Below the pieces are notes generated by a model, which was given only the letters and a program-made list of their open reading frames with translations, did no database searches and was not told the origin of the DNA. Source: an uncultured Bacteroidota bacterium (lineage in GTDB: Bacteria; Bacteroidota; Ignavibacteria; UBA10030; UBA6906). Taken from it: a DNA stretch of 64,000 nt. Position 1 is the stretch's first letter. Each line of letters begins with the position of its first letter. Made by a program: the position numbers and the translations under genes. The stretch is from assembly GCA_963700635.1 (NCBI GenBank), contig CAVOYH010000003.1, forward strand, positions 1,024,001 through 1,088,000, given 5' to 3'. This document shows, piece by piece, positions 30,558 to 42,050 of the stretch.

Positions 30558-32351
30558 TGCAGGAAGACGAAGTCCTCGGCAAGGCATATGACAGCTCCCT
30601 GATGCGGCGTCTTCTGCACTACCTGAAGCCGTACCGGTGGCATGTGATAGCGGGCATCCTGCTCAGCGTAGCGGTGTCCGGCATGGAAGCCGTGCGCCCC
30701 TACTTCACCAAAATTGCGGTTGACGTGAACATCGCCCAGCGTGACCCCGAAGGCCTGCTGGTCACGACGCTCATCTTCTTTGCGATCATGGTGGTCCGCG
30801 GTTTTGTGCAGTACCTGAACACGTATCTGACACAATGGATAGGCCAGCAGACAATCTTCGACCTCCGGATGGAGGTCTTTGAACATCTCCAGCGGCTGGG
30901 ACTGCGGTACTTCGACCGGAACCCCATCGGACGACTGATCACCCGGGTCACGAATGACATCGAAGTCCTGAATGACATGTTCTCTTCCGGTATTGTGATG
31001 GTGTTCAGCGATGTCTTCACCATCATCGGCATTCTCTATTTTATGTTTTCCATGAACTGGCAGCTGGCCTTGATCTCGCTCAGCGTGCTCCCTCTGCTCT
31101 TCTATGGTACGTTTCTCTTCCGGAAAAAAGCCCGGGGGGCATACCGGGAGGTTCGCCTTCACATTGCACGGATTAATGCCTTCATGCAGGAACATATCAC
31201 CGGCATGCTGGTGGATCAGGTCTTCAACCGGGAGAAGAAGGCGTTCACACAGTTTGCAGACATCAACGCAAAGCACCGTGATGCCAACATCAAATCCATT
31301 TTCTACTATGCGCTGTTTTATCCCGGGGTCGAGCTCATCGGCGCCATTGCCATCGGACTCATTATCTGGTACGCGGGGGTGGATGCGCTGGATGGCATGG
31401 TGACGATCGGGACGGTGATGGCCTTCCTGCAGTTTAACGAGATGTTCTGGAGGCCCATACGGGATCTTTCGGAGAAATACAATATCATGCAGACTGCGAT
31501 GGCCAGCTCGGAGCGGGTGTTCCGGCTTCTGGACGATCGTACGCTGATCCACGACCCGGAACATCCCCTTCCACTCCCGACCGTGCGGGGAGACATCGAG
31601 TTCAGGAACGTATGGTTTTCGTACGCACCTGTCGTCGACGGACAGGAACCGGAGTGGGTTCTCAAAAATGTATCGTTTCTCGATCAAGGCGGGCGAGAGC
31701 GTGGCCATCGTGGGCCATACCGGCGCGGGCAAGACCACGATTACCAGTTTGCTGAGCCGGTTTTACGATGTTCAACGCGGACAGATTCTTGTGGACGGTC
31801 TGGATATCCGGCAGGTGACGCAGGCCGACCTCCGCCGGCATATGGCTGTGGTGCTTCAGGATGTGTTCCTCTTTTCCGGGGACATCGCAGGGAATATCGG
31901 ATTAGGGAACGACGTTATCCCGGATGACCGGATCCGTGCGGCCGCGCGGGTCGTCGGGGCTGACCGGTTCATCAAGGATCTGCCCGGGCAATACCATGCG
32001 GATGTAAAAGAGCGCGGAGCGACGCTGTCGGTCGGCCAGAAGCAGCTCATCTCGTTTGCCCGGGCGCTGGCGGTGCACCCCCGCATTCTCGTGCTGGATG
32101 AAGCGACCTCCAGCGTTGACACCGAAACAGAACTTCTCGTGCAGAGTGCCATAAAAAAACTTCTCCACGGACGGACCTCCATTGTGATCGCCCATCGTCT
32201 GTCCACTATTCAGTCGGCGAACAAGATCCTTGTGATGCATAAGAGCGAGCTCCGCGAGAGCGGTACACATCAGGAGCTTCTTGCCCTCGGGGGACTGTAT
32301 TACCGGTTGTATCAATTGCAGTACAAGGATCAGGAACTTCCGGGGCGGTAG
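30557..32351 (+). CDS. ABC exporter, fused TMD-NBD (MdlB-like subunit), +1 frameshift near 31677
   Basis: ORF 30557 gives the TMD up to WVLKNVSF; ORF 31668 continues [20 protein letters not shown]...LSVGQKQ...LDEATS. One extra T in the TTT run at 31676-31678 explains the split. Confidence 0.9.
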
Positions 32352-32450
32352 TACCTGTACGGCTCCATCCGGCCCGGCTCGATGCGCCGGGTTGCATGTC
32401 ACCCCATGGATCGGTAGATTCCCACCAGTGTTTACATTCGGAAGGCAACC

Positions 32451-33477
32451 ATGAACTCGCGAACTCCAATCCCCGTCAAGCTTATGACGCTCGAGCGTCA
32501 TATCATCGAAGGCGAACGCAGTCATCCCGGGGCGACCGGTGAATTCTCCGGATTGCTGCACGGCATTTCCCTTGCTGCGAAGCTTGTGTGGCGGGAAGTG
32601 ACAAAAGCCGGCCTCGTGAACATCCTGGGCAAGACCGACCGGATGAATATCAGCGGCGATGTGGTTAAAAAACTGGATGAATTTGCCGACCAGATTATCT
32701 ACAAGGCGATGGATCATCTCGGCCATCTCTGCGTGATGGCGTCCGAAGAAAACGAGGACTTGCTGCACATTCCCGGACGACTATCCGAACGGAAAGTATG
32801 CACTACTCTACGATCCCCTGGATGGATCGGGAAACATCGACGCGAACGTCACCATTGGAACCATCTTCTCGATCTATCGCCGTGTTTCACCGTCCGGTCC
32901 GGGGACGATGGAAGATGTGCTTCAGCCCGGCCACAGGCAGGTTGCGGCGGGATATGTGTTGTTCGGCTCGAGCATGATGTTCGTCTACAGTACCGGTCAC
33001 GGTGTACACGGATTCACGTTGGATCCAAGCGTAGGGGAGTTCCTTCTCTCCCATGAAAACATACGCATACCGGAGAAGGGAACGATCTATAGCACCAATG
33101 AAGGAAATGTCGGCCGCTGGTCGCCTGAGATGCAGCGTTACATCCGCTATCTTAAAGAGGAGGACGAAAAGACCGGCCGTCCCTACTCTGCTCGATATAT
33201 CGGCTCACTTGTTGCGGACGTCCACCGTACGATGCTGTACGGAGGGATCTACTGTTACCCCGGCGATACAAAGAATCGCGACGGGAAACTCCGTCTGATG
33301 TACGAAAACAACCCGCTGGCTTTTATTGTGGAAGAGGCGGGCGGGGCCAGCACAAACGGGGTGATACGGACTCTGGATATTCAACCGACCAGTCTTCATG
33401 AACGATCCCCGCTGTTTATCGGCAGCCGGGAAGATGTGCGTGTTGTGCAGGAATTCTTGAAGGGTGGAAAAGCATAG
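32451..33477 (+). CDS. fbp: Class 1 fructose-1,6-bisphosphatase, +1 frameshift near 32773
   Basis: [12 protein letters not shown], then in the shifted frame [42 protein letters not shown]; one extra base in TCCCGG. Confidence 0.93.
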
Positions 33478-33515
33478 GTCAGGGTCGGTGGGCTGTATCG
33501 AGGGGGTGTAAAACA

Positions 33516-33555
33516 GACACCCTGCTACAGGGGTCGAGTCCTGCAGCAGGGTGTC
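33516..33555 (-). terminator. Intrinsic terminator hairpin between convergent genes
   Basis: GACACCCTGCT...AGCAGGGTGTC stem, followed by TGTTTT on the minus strand. Confidence 0.75.
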
Positions 33556-33582
33556 GGTATGTTTGAAAAGAATGTCGGGTGC

Positions 33583-34272
33583 TTAGTTCAGCTTTGCCAG
33601 CTTTTCACGGGCTTTTTCCACAAGCGGACTGGCCGGAAAATCAGACACAACCTTCTGGAAGGCCTCTTTCGCCGCGCTATTGTTCCCCATCGCAAGATAA
33701 CAGTTTCCTGACATCAGCGTCGCATCGGCTTTTTTTCCAGAACGTTCAAGATTGTTGACACCCTGGAAGTTCTTCAGCGCTTCGCTATAGTTATGGAGCC
33801 CGTAATAGGACTCGCCGATCCAGTAGCGGCAATTATCGGCAAGACTTGCCTCAATGCCACTATCCAGCAACGCACGAAAATCGGCAATGGCTCCCTGATA
33901 GTCACGTGCCCGGAATTTTGCCAGCGCGCCATCATATCCTCCCGCAACGTCAACCGCTGTCTCGACAGGTGTCTCGACCTTCGGGGCGGCCATGGCCTCT
34001 ACCAGCTTTGTCTCCAATTCGGCATTCCGCGCCGTAAGGTTTCTGTTCTCGGCTGAGACGGCTTGCAGTTGATCCTGCATGCGCCTGTTCTCGTTCTGGA
34101 GACTGTCGATGCGGTATTCCATCATTGCCGTGGGAGAAACCTCAGGGGCGCTTTCCCACTCTTCCATCGATTCCTCCGATGAACCACAGCCGAACATGGT
34201 CAGAGATAAGACCAGAATGGCGGCCGGCAAGAGACCGATCAAACCGCTAAACCTTTGTACGTTGCTCCTCAT
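33583..34272 (-). CDS. CpoB/YbgF-like coiled-coil + TPR lipoprotein
   Basis: Lipobox MFGC; coiled coil; YQGAIADF...LADNCRYWIGESYY...AKEAFQKVVSDFP TPRs. Confidence 0.85.
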   Translation of the reverse strand: MRSNVQRFSGLIGLLPAAILVLSLTMFGCGSSEESMEEWESAPEVSPTAMMEYRIDSLQNENRRMQDQLQAVSAENRNLTARNAELETKLVEAMAAPKVETPVETAVDVAGGYDGALAKFRARDYQGAIADFRALLDSGIEASLADNCRYWIGESYYGLHNYSEALKNFQGVNNLERSGKKADATLMSGNCYLAMGNNSAAKEAFQKVVSDFPASPLVEKAREKLAKLN

Positions 34273-34313
34273 GGGGCTTCCTCCTTAAAGGATTATATGT
34301 CCGGTGTGGCGTA

Positions 34314-34342
34314 AATGTATTAAACAAGGGAGGCAATGTCAA
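34314..34342 (-). promoter_or_regulatory. sigma70 promoter for the CpoB-like gene
   Basis: TTGACA-N17-TACATT on the minus strand. Confidence 0.6.
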
Positions 34343-34490
34343 GCAAACCGTTCGAAGGGGAGGATACGCAAAAATGTGTCGTTCTCGTCTTGTCAGGGAG
34401 GGAACCCGTACTCCGGCAACTTGTTATTCAGAGAGGCAATGGGTATATTTTTTGCATTGAGTGATTCGATGGCTGAGGAGGTTCGTGGTT

Positions 34491-36215
34491 ATGAAGAATG
34501 CTTGTTTTGTATGGTTTTTGACGATTTTGCTTGTTCTGCCCGGCTGCTGGATGGGTTCACAGACAGATCCAGCGGAAACCCGCTCCAGATCGGCGGCCGC
34601 ACCCAGGGCCGGTTCTGAAGAAGGAGAGCGGCGGGCTCTGCAGCACTTTGTGGATGGCTCGACGTTTGAAATGAAAGGCGAGCATGCCAAGGCAATTCTG
34701 GAATACCAGGATGCGCTCCGGTACGACCAGGATCCCGCGATCTATTTTGCGATCTCCCGGTGTTACTCTCAGCTCAGCAAACATTCACTTGCCATCGAGG
34801 CCGGGCGCGAGGCCGTTCGCCTGAGTCCGGAGGAGCTGACATACCGCCGGAATCTTGCCGATGTGTCTGCCGCAGCCTTCGATTTTGATGCCGCGGCGGA
34901 ACAGTTTGAAGAGATTGTCAAGCGCGATTCTTCGCAGGTTGATGCCTGGTACAACTTGGCCCGCATCTACCAGATGCGTAAACCTCTCCGGGCGCTTGAG
35001 GTCTATGAGCGGATTGTGGTTCGGTTTGGACCCGAATGGGAAGTCTTGCTGCAGATCGCGGAAATCAACAACAAGATGGGAAAGATGGATCGCGCGGCCT
35101 GGGCGTTACGGCAGATGACCCAGCTCGATCCGAGCAACAAGGAACTCAAAAAGACACTGGCCCAGACGTATGTCCGTGCTTCTCAATTTGACTCCGCGCT
35201 TGCTGTGTATTCGGATTTGCGCGAGATTCATCCGGACGACCTTGCGATTCAGGCGGAGATTGCGGGCGTGTACCTCGCACGCGGCGATTACACCCGCGCG
35301 GCCCGGGAATTTGATACCGTGCTGGTGCGCGACTCTGTGGCTGTCGATGTGAAAGTCCATATCGGCGAGATGTATTTTGCGCAGATGAGCAGAGACTCCA
35401 CGCTGGCACCGGTCACCCGATCAATCTTCCAGCGTATCGCCAGCGCACATCCCGACGACTGGCGCTCATTCTGGTTTCTCGGCGCGATCGGGAGTATCAC
35501 GCGCGACGATTCGCTTACCGTGAACAGTTTTAAGCGCGTCACGGAGCTCGCGAGCTGGAACCCGGACGCCTGGGTGTACCTTTCTTCGGTTTTTCTCGGA
35601 AAGAACAATTTCACCGAAGTGGTTCGTATCCTGGAATCGGCAGTAAAAGTGCTCCCCGATGATTTCCGCGTAAATTTCTTCCTCGGCATCTCGTACAGCC
35701 GGCTCAATCGGAATACGGAAGCGGTCCGGGTTCTTGAACGAGCCCGGGAGCTGAATCCCAAGGACGTTGATGCGGTCGCGCAACTTGCCCTTGTGTATGA
35801 TACCATGAAGCGGTTTGATGACTCGGACGGACTGTACGAGGAAGCCCTCCGGCTGGATCCGGCGAATCATCTTGTGCTGAACAACTATGCCTACAGTCTG
35901 GCCGAACGCGGCTTCCGCCTGGAACGTGCTCTCGAAATGTCCCGGAAAGCGGTCGAGGCGGAGCCCGAGAATGCTTCATATCTTGATACGATAGGCTGGA
36001 TCTATTTCCGCCTCGGACGGTATCACGAGGCGGAATCGTACGTCAAACAGGCGATCAGCAAGGGTGAAGCGAATGCCGTGGTGTATGAACACCTTGGCGA
36101 CATCTACCTGAGTCTCGACCAGAAAGACCTTGCGATCGAACACTGGAACATGGCACTCAAGCTTGACGAGAACAATACCGCCCTGCGCGACAAGATCGCA
36201 CGCGGCACCCAATGA
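34491..36215 (+). CDS. TPR-repeat lipoprotein
   Basis: Lipobox LPGC; many TPRs; LNNYAYSLA...YLDTIGWIYF...EHLGDIY C-terminus. Confidence 0.9.
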   Translation: MKNACFVWFLTILLVLPGCWMGSQTDPAETRSRSAAAPRAGSEEGERRALQHFVDGSTFEMKGEHAKAILEYQDALRYDQDPAIYFAISRCYSQLSKHSLAIEAGREAVRLSPEELTYRRNLADVSAAAFDFDAAAEQFEEIVKRDSSQVDAWYNLARIYQMRKPLRALEVYERIVVRFGPEWEVLLQIAEINNKMGKMDRAAWALRQMTQLDPSNKELKKTLAQTYVRASQFDSALAVYSDLREIHPDDLAIQAEIAGVYLARGDYTRAAREFDTVLVRDSVAVDVKVHIGEMYFAQMSRDSTLAPVTRSIFQRIASAHPDDWRSFWFLGAIGSITRDDSLTVNSFKRVTELASWNPDAWVYLSSVFLGKNNFTEVVRILESAVKVLPDDFRVNFFLGISYSRLNRNTEAVRVLERARELNPKDVDAVAQLALVYDTMKRFDDSDGLYEEALRLDPANHLVLNNYAYSLAERGFRLERALEMSRKAVEAEPENASYLDTIGWIYFRLGRYHEAESYVKQAISKGEANAVVYEHLGDIYLSLDQKDLAIEHWNMALKLDENNTALRDKIARGTQ

Positions 36216-36976
36216 GAGCCTTGCTCCGGACAGGCATTCTTATTGTCTCCGGTACCATCCTTGCCGGATGTGCGTCAACCAGGCCGGACCTGCCACTGGA
36301 TACGAACCTGGTGTCCGCACCGGAACTGATCCGCCGTGTATCAGAAAACACCGCGGGCATTGTAACGCTCACTGGCTCGGGAAGCGTAAGTTTCGAGAGT
36401 CCGGAACTTGCCGGATCAGTCTTTTTTACCGTGACGATGCGCAAACCGGATTCCATGCTGATCCGGTTCGAAGGACCGTTCGGATTGGATGCCGGTTTCC
36501 TCTTCCTCAGCCGGGCGCGATACGTGATGTATAATAGAATGGAAAACAGGGTGATCTCAGGAGTGCCCTCGGATGCGGGAATCCGGTGGGGAATTCCGCT
36601 GGATCTGACGGTGGATCAGATTCTTGACGCGTTCACCGGCACCTTCACGTTTCCCCATACCATGCCGCCCGCGCAGTACGTGATTGACGGCGACCACTTC
36701 CGGCTGACGTACAACCACTCCTCCGGCGCGGAGTCTTTCTGGGTTGATCCGGCCACATCACTGGTGACCCGGTACGAAAAGTCGGGAACACCGTTCGGAG
36801 TCGTGGCGGAAACGTCGCTCCCCGAAAAACAGGAAAACCACCGCATACCGCGTCAGATTACGCTGGTATTTCCCGAATCGGGCCGGCGGTTGTCCGTGTA
36901 TTATTCCTCCCTCACCGTGAATCCCGGGCATGTCTCGTTTGCCCATGGTATTCCCCGTTCCGCAACATCACCATAG
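36212..36976 (+). CDS. DUF4292/LolB-like lipoprotein
   Basis: Lipobox LAGC; located between the TPR and EnvC genes, as in the conserved FCB-group cluster. Confidence 0.75.
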   Translation: MRALLRTGILIVSGTILAGCASTRPDLPLDTNLVSAPELIRRVSENTAGIVTLTGSGSVSFESPELAGSVFFTVTMRKPDSMLIRFEGPFGLDAGFLFLSRARYVMYNRMENRVISGVPSDAGIRWGIPLDLTVDQILDAFTGTFTFPHTMPPAQYVIDGDHFRLTYNHSSGAESFWVDPATSLVTRYEKSGTPFGVVAETSLPEKQENHRIPRQITLVFPESGRRLSVYYSSLTVNPGHVSFAHGIPRSATSP

Positions 36977-38191
36977 ATGCGGACACCGATGAAGGTACTG
37001 ACCCTTTTCTGGTTTCTGATTCTGGTTCTCCTTGTCGCGGCAGGCCAGCCGCTGTATGCCCAGGGGGAGCTCGAGAAGCATCAGGATGAGCTCGAGTCCC
37101 TCCGCACACGGATCCGCGAACTGGAGGCGCGCAGCAAGGAACAGCAGAAGAATGAAACGGAAACCCTTGAGCTGCTCGACACCTACGATCATAAAGCGAC
37201 GCTTCTGCGCAAGCTCATCAGCCGCCTTAAAGCAGATGAGCGCCGTTTGCAGTCCCGCATAGACACCACGCGCCGCAGCACACGATCGTTGGAAGCCCAG
37301 CTCACATTTCTGAAAGATCACTTTGCCAGGTATGTGAGATCTGTCTACAAAGCCGGCCGGAGCCATGACGCCGAACTGCTTTTTGCTTCTTCATCCCTCG
37401 AGCAGTTTGTTGCGCGGAACGAATACCTCAGGCGTTTTAGTGAACAGCGTGTAAAGGACGCGCAGCGAATCCGGGCGAAACAGAAGGAGTATGAAGAAGT
37501 GCAGGCCCGCGCGGAAAAGGAGCTGAGCGAAGAACGCCGACTCCTCGCTGAAAAAGGCGCCGAAGAGGACCGGCTGGTTTCTCTTACGGCCGACCGCCGC
37601 GAGACACTTCTGCGGATTCGCAAAGACCAGAACCTGATCGCCCGGCAGATCCAGCGCCAGATGAAAGCCGCCCGCGAGATGGAACAATTGATAGCACGGC
37701 TTGTAGAATCCGAACGTGTGCGCAAAGAGCACGCGGCGGTGGACCGAAAGCTGCCGCGGACTCCCGAAGTGCCGCGCACAACCGGCCCGTTCGAACTCAA
37801 AAGAGGAAAACTCCCCTGGCCTGTGACAGAAGGGAGTATCGTTGCCCGCTTCGGTCCTCAGCGCCATCCGACACTGCGCACGGTGACGCAAAACACGGGT
37901 GTTGATATCGCTGTCCGTTCGGGCTCTCCCGTCACCGCCGTCGCATCCGGCGAAGTGGCCACCATCTGGTGGCTTCCCTCGTACGGCAACCTGATTATCC
38001 TGAATCATCAGGACGGATACCGGACGGTCTATACGCACCTTGCCGAAATCAACGTCGCGGAAGGGCAGACCATTGCTGAAGGGGAGATGTTAGGAGCCAG
38101 TGGTGATGCGCTGGACGGGCCCCGCCTGCATTTTGAAGTCTGGAAAGACCGCGAAAAACAGAATCCGGAACAATGGCTCACGCGACAATAA
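36977..38191 (+). CDS. envC: Murein hydrolase activator EnvC (coiled coil + degenerate M23)
   Basis: Long coiled coil; [32 protein letters not shown]...NPEQWL. Confidence 0.9.
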   Translation: MRTPMKVLTLFWFLILVLLVAAGQPLYAQGELEKHQDELESLRTRIRELEARSKEQQKNETETLELLDTYDHKATLLRKLISRLKADERRLQSRIDTTRRSTRSLEAQLTFLKDHFARYVRSVYKAGRSHDAELLFASSSLEQFVARNEYLRRFSEQRVKDAQRIRAKQKEYEEVQARAEKELSEERRLLAEKGAEEDRLVSLTADRRETLLRIRKDQNLIARQIQRQMKAAREMEQLIARLVESERVRKEHAAVDRKLPRTPEVPRTTGPFELKRGKLPWPVTEGSIVARFGPQRHPTLRTVTQNTGVDIAVRSGSPVTAVASGEVATIWWLPSYGNLIILNHQDGYRTVYTHLAEINVAEGQTIAEGEMLGASGDALDGPRLHFEVWKDREKQNPEQWLTRQ

Positions 38192-40821
38192 CACGACGCA
38201 CCATCCTGACTGTCGCCACCACAGCAGCTGTGGCTCTGCTCCTGGTGATCTTCCTCCGGACACCTATGGCGGTGCTGGAAGACGAGGTGACTACCCTCCG
38301 ATACCTGGTGCGCGGCGACCGCACTGCCGACACCAATATTGTGCTTGTGTACATTGATGAAGCCTCGGTGAAAGTGACGGGCTGGCCGGTACGGCGTAAC
38401 TTCCACGCCCTGATGCTGAAGGCCCTCACCGATCTGCGCGTCAGGGCCGTGGGCTGGGAACTCCTGCTCGAAGATCAACGCGTGGAATACCCGGAGTATG
38501 ACGATCTGCTTGCATCGGTACTGTCCACCTCATCACCCGTCGTGCTTACCTGCTATTTCGACTCGCTCGGGACTTCCCCGCCGCACCCGGATACAATCCT
38601 TGATTCCCTTCCCGTGCCATCGTATCCGGCAGTTGTGGCCCCTGTGATGCATGGGCACCGATTACATCTTCCCCTTGGCCAGTTTCGAGCGAATGCGGCA
38701 GGTATGGGACATGTGAACTTTACAGCAACGGGCCGGATTCCGGCGTTTGTGGGCTGGGAGGGCGCTGCAGTGCCGTCGTTCGGAACCGAGCTGGCGCGTG
38801 TCAGTGCGGATGTCGCGCGCGCTGGCGTACACTTCGACGGCAGGCGCGTAACTATGCGCCATGGTACGGCGTTCACAGCGTTTGAGACAAACGAAGAAGG
38901 CGAGGTGACGCTTTGTTATGCCGGACCCCTTTCCTCGTTCACGGCCATCTCTTTTCTTGAAGTTCTGCGCGCGTATGACATGGAGCGAACCGGCCTCCCC
39001 GCTCCACTTCCCGTATTGCGCCTGCGTGACAAGATTGTCCTGGTTGGGGTTGTGGCTGAAGGGCGCGGAGTCTTCTATGATACACCCGTGGATCCCCGTT
39101 TGCCCTCCCTCGGACTCCATGCAACATTCCTGGACAATGCACTGCACTCCGGATTCCTGAACCCGGTGAGCAACTGGATCGTTCTGTTGGCATCGGGTCT
39201 TCTTGCGTTTCTCTGCGCTGTGGCAGTGCTGCTCCTGCCTGCACCCCGTGACAAGGTGGTTCCTCTTCTTCTGATGGCTGGTGCTGTGGCACTGTCGTTC
39301 GCGCTCTTTGCCTGGTTCAGCATCATCCTCCCGGTGCTTCCGTTTCTTGTGGTGGGCGGTGCCGCATCGCTCTCGGGTCTGCTCGCCCGACATCGAATAG
39401 TCCGCGGTCAGGTGGATACCCTTGCTGCGGAAAAAGATGCCGTACTGGCCGATCTCCGTGACAGGGAAGCCAGACTCGACATGCTGGAACGTGAGCTTCT
39501 TGATTACCGGCAGGTACGGAGTGCCGACCGCACGCAGGAATTGCTTGAAGAGATCAGAAAACACAAAGCGGAAATCCGATCCCTTTCATCCCGGGCCGAC
39601 GACATGGTGGAATTTGCGCATCACCAGGCGGCTGACGAACGCGCGGAGTTTGAAGGAATGGTGTTTGCGAAGCACGGACCGATGAGTTCCGTTGTGGATT
39701 TTGTGGCGAAGGTGGCGTCGAGCAATGCGCCCGTGCTGATCCTCGGGGAAAGCGGAACAGGAAAAGAACTTGTTGCCCGTGCGATGCACCGCCGCAGCGC
39801 ACGATCGACCAAACCCTTTATTGCCGTAAACTGCGGCGCTCTGTCAGAGAGTCTTCTGGAGAGCGAGCTGTTCGGACACGAGAAGGGATCCTTCACGGGA
39901 GCTGTCAAAGACAAAATGGGGCGTTTTGAACTCGCCGACGGCGGGACAATCTTCCTGGACGAAATTGGAGAAGTATCCGACGGTTTTCAGGTGAAATTGC
40001 TGCGCGTGCTGCAGGAGGGGGAGGTGGAGCGTGTAGGCGGGACCCGCACACTCAGCCTCGATGTGCGTGTTGTAGCAGCGACGAACAAGAATCTGCGCGA
40101 ACTCGTAAAGGCGAAGAAATTCCGTGAAGACCTCTATTATCGCCTGAACGTCCTGACGGTATCTTTAACCCCTTTGAAAGAACGCCAGGATGACATTCCC
40201 CTCCTTCTTGCACACTTCCTTGCGCGCGAGGGAGAAGGCCTGCGCGTTTCGAAAAATGTGATGGAGGCCCTGCGGGAGCACCCCTGGCCGGGAAACGTCC
40301 GTGAGCTCGAGAGTGTCATCCGACGGGGGAGTGTGCTGGCGAAGGCGGAACGGCGGGATCTGATTCATCTCCAAGACCTGCCGCCAGAAGTTGCCGAGGC
40401 GGTAAAAGGAAAAGTTCCGGTGCAGGAACAGATTCTGGACACGATGAGGGAGTATGGCTTCTCACGCAGCGCAGTATCGGAAACCGCCGCCGGACTGGGT
40501 GGTCTCAACCGCGGGACGGTTGCAGAATATCTCCGGGGGGAGTTCCTGAAAGCGTTTGCCGAACATCAGTTTGACCTTGAAAAGGCGGTATTGCACATTT
40601 CACTCTCATCAGATCCTGCTGTGAACGAACGGGTCCGCAAACGATATGTTGATTACCTCCGGAACATAGCCGAGGGTATGGAAACGTCACGCCCCTGGGA
40701 GGATGTCCGGGGCAGCTTGAAACCCAAAACAAAAAATCTTCCTCAACGGTATCATCTCTTCCTGGAACAGGTTGCAGAGGCATTTTTCCGCAGGCTCTGG
40801 AGTCTACCCCCGACTGCCTGA
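38173..40821 (+). CDS. Membrane-bound sigma54 enhancer-binding protein with an extracytoplasmic CHASE2 sensor domain
   Basis: TM; CHASE2 ([10 protein letters not shown]...GWPVRR...DKIVLVG...YDTP...[10 protein letters not shown]); 3 TM; coiled coil; [50 protein letters not shown]; HTH-like segment plus extension. Confidence 0.92.
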   Translation: MAHATITRRTILTVATTAAVALLLVIFLRTPMAVLEDEVTTLRYLVRGDRTADTNIVLVYIDEASVKVTGWPVRRNFHALMLKALTDLRVRAVGWELLLEDQRVEYPEYDDLLASVLSTSSPVVLTCYFDSLGTSPPHPDTILDSLPVPSYPAVVAPVMHGHRLHLPLGQFRANAAGMGHVNFTATGRIPAFVGWEGAAVPSFGTELARVSADVARAGVHFDGRRVTMRHGTAFTAFETNEEGEVTLCYAGPLSSFTAISFLEVLRAYDMERTGLPAPLPVLRLRDKIVLVGVVAEGRGVFYDTPVDPRLPSLGLHATFLDNALHSGFLNPVSNWIVLLASGLLAFLCAVAVLLLPAPRDKVVPLLLMAGAVALSFALFAWFSIILPVLPFLVVGGAASLSGLLARHRIVRGQVDTLAAEKDAVLADLRDREARLDMLERELLDYRQVRSADRTQELLEEIRKHKAEIRSLSSRADDMVEFAHHQAADERAEFEGMVFAKHGPMSSVVDFVAKVASSNAPVLILGESGTGKELVARAMHRRSARSTKPFIAVNCGALSESLLESELFGHEKGSFTGAVKDKMGRFELADGGTIFLDEIGEVSDGFQVKLLRVLQEGEVERVGGTRTLSLDVRVVAATNKNLRELVKAKKFREDLYYRLNVLTVSLTPLKERQDDIPLLLAHFLAREGEGLRVSKNVMEALREHPWPGNVRELESVIRRGSVLAKAERRDLIHLQDLPPEVAEAVKGKVPVQEQILDTMREYGFSRSAVSETAAGLGGLNRGTVAEYLRGEFLKAFAEHQFDLEKAVLHISLSSDPAVNERVRKRYVDYLRNIAEGMETSRPWEDVRGSLKPKTKNLPQRYHLFLEQVAEAFFRRLWSLPPTA

Positions 40822-40831
40822 ACCTGTCCAC

Positions 40832-40895
40832 TCCCGCACTTCTATCTGCGGTTCCCGCACTTCCCGCAATCTTAATTATTCCTGGCCTCCCGCAC
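40832..40895 (+). promoter_or_regulatory. Candidate enhancer (UAS): TCCCGCA repeats and a CCGCA-N8-TGCGG palindrome
   Basis: TCCCGCA at 40832, 40853, 40862 and 40888; inverted repeat 40834-40851; 60-130 bp upstream of the -24/-12 element. Confidence 0.6.
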
Positions 40896-40957
40896 AAATC
40901 CCGTTAAGTGGTTGTTCTATAGGCGGTTAACCAGTCTTTCCTCTGACCCCCAAGATC

Positions 40958-40973
40958 TGGCACAGCGATTGAA
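40958..40973 (+). promoter_or_regulatory. sigma54 -24/-12 promoter
   Basis: TGGCAC-AGCGA-TTGAA versus consensus TGGCAC-N5-TTGC(A/T), one mismatch at -12; directly downstream of a sigma54 activator gene. Confidence 0.7.
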
Positions 40974-41057
40974 TTACTTTTGGCAGAACAAACGAAGGAA
41001 ACGGAAATGTCCGACAATAGCGTAATCACAAACCACACAAACCGTAGGGAGGGTAGG

Positions 41058-42038
41058 ATGAAAGCATCATTTGTGAAACTGCTGTCAGTCTTCATGCTGA
41101 CCGGTCTGTTTATCGCAGGATGTAACAAAGACTCGGGGCCCGAAGAGGTTGCACCGATCGGCGTAACGAATGAAGAACAGGCGATGAAGTACTTTGCCCT
41201 GAACGACGAGTTTGTTGCGAATGATGAAGAGACCTTCACGGACAAGACCATTGAACCGTTTGACTACGGTACGTTCGGCAAGGTTGAGGCAGGTATAACA
41301 CCATTACGCTGGGGCCGGCTCGTGTCGAGTGTCACCCGCACGGCAACCACCACCATTCAACCCGGCGATACCATCGCCGTCACGCTTGTCGAGAAGAACA
41401 TCATGGGAACACTGAAAATCCGGGCAATCGCACAGAACGGTGATACGGTGACCATAGACAAGCCGTTTAACGACAAATCCACGCGTAATGTTATCTTCAA
41501 GCGTGTCAATCGTAACACCGACAGATACTGGCTGAATTGGGTTCCAGTGGCGACGTCACTTGTTGAGGGTGGAACAGTAGCTCCGAACAATCAGATTGAG
41601 ATTACCAAGGTCGTGTTCTACCTGGCGAACAATGATACGATCACAATTACGGACCCCAACGCATATTATCTGCGTTATCGCTGGCTCAAGCTGTTCAACG
41701 GCGGACGGAACGACGTTCCCGAGCTTGCCTCCGGACAGGCGTTAAAACTCGAGGTAACGCTGGTGTCAGCGTCGGCGGATACTGATTTTGTCGCGCTGCG
41801 CTACGGCATGGGCTCTTCACACCGGAAACGTGTCCGGCTGGCCATGACATCCGAGCTGAACAATGGAAACGGAACGTATACCAGGGTGTTCGAAATCGCG
41901 CGAACAGCCCCACAATATGTCCACTTCCATCGCGGCTTTTTCCATCTGGGCATCGATGCAATAACGCGTACAACGTTGCTTGATGATGTTGCACCGTACA
42001 GTGTGAGCTGGTGGGGGATCCCGTACCGGGTGTTTTAA
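41058..42038 (+). CDS. Uncharacterised beta-rich lipoprotein
   Basis: MKASFVKLLSVFMLTGLFIAG-C lipobox with acidic NKDSGPEE after the Cys; GGAGG SD-like sequence upstream. Confidence 0.85.
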   Translation: MKASFVKLLSVFMLTGLFIAGCNKDSGPEEVAPIGVTNEEQAMKYFALNDEFVANDEETFTDKTIEPFDYGTFGKVEAGITPLRWGRLVSSVTRTATTTIQPGDTIAVTLVEKNIMGTLKIRAIAQNGDTVTIDKPFNDKSTRNVIFKRVNRNTDRYWLNWVPVATSLVEGGTVAPNNQIEITKVVFYLANNDTITITDPNAYYLRYRWLKLFNGGRNDVPELASGQALKLEVTLVSASADTDFVALRYGMGSSHRKRVRLAMTSELNNGNGTYTRVFEIARTAPQYVHFHRGFFHLGIDAITRTTLLDDVAPYSVSWWGIPYRVF

Positions 42039-42050
42039 GCAGTGTTCTGT

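Noticed and set aside
31668-32780. Programmed ribosomal frameshifting in the ABC subunit or fbp
   Set aside because: No slippery heptamer or known precedent; single-base errors in short runs are simpler.
40832-40895. CRISPR array or tandem repeat
   Set aside because: Repeats are 7-8 bp and irregularly spaced; no cas genes; no array seen anywhere in the window.
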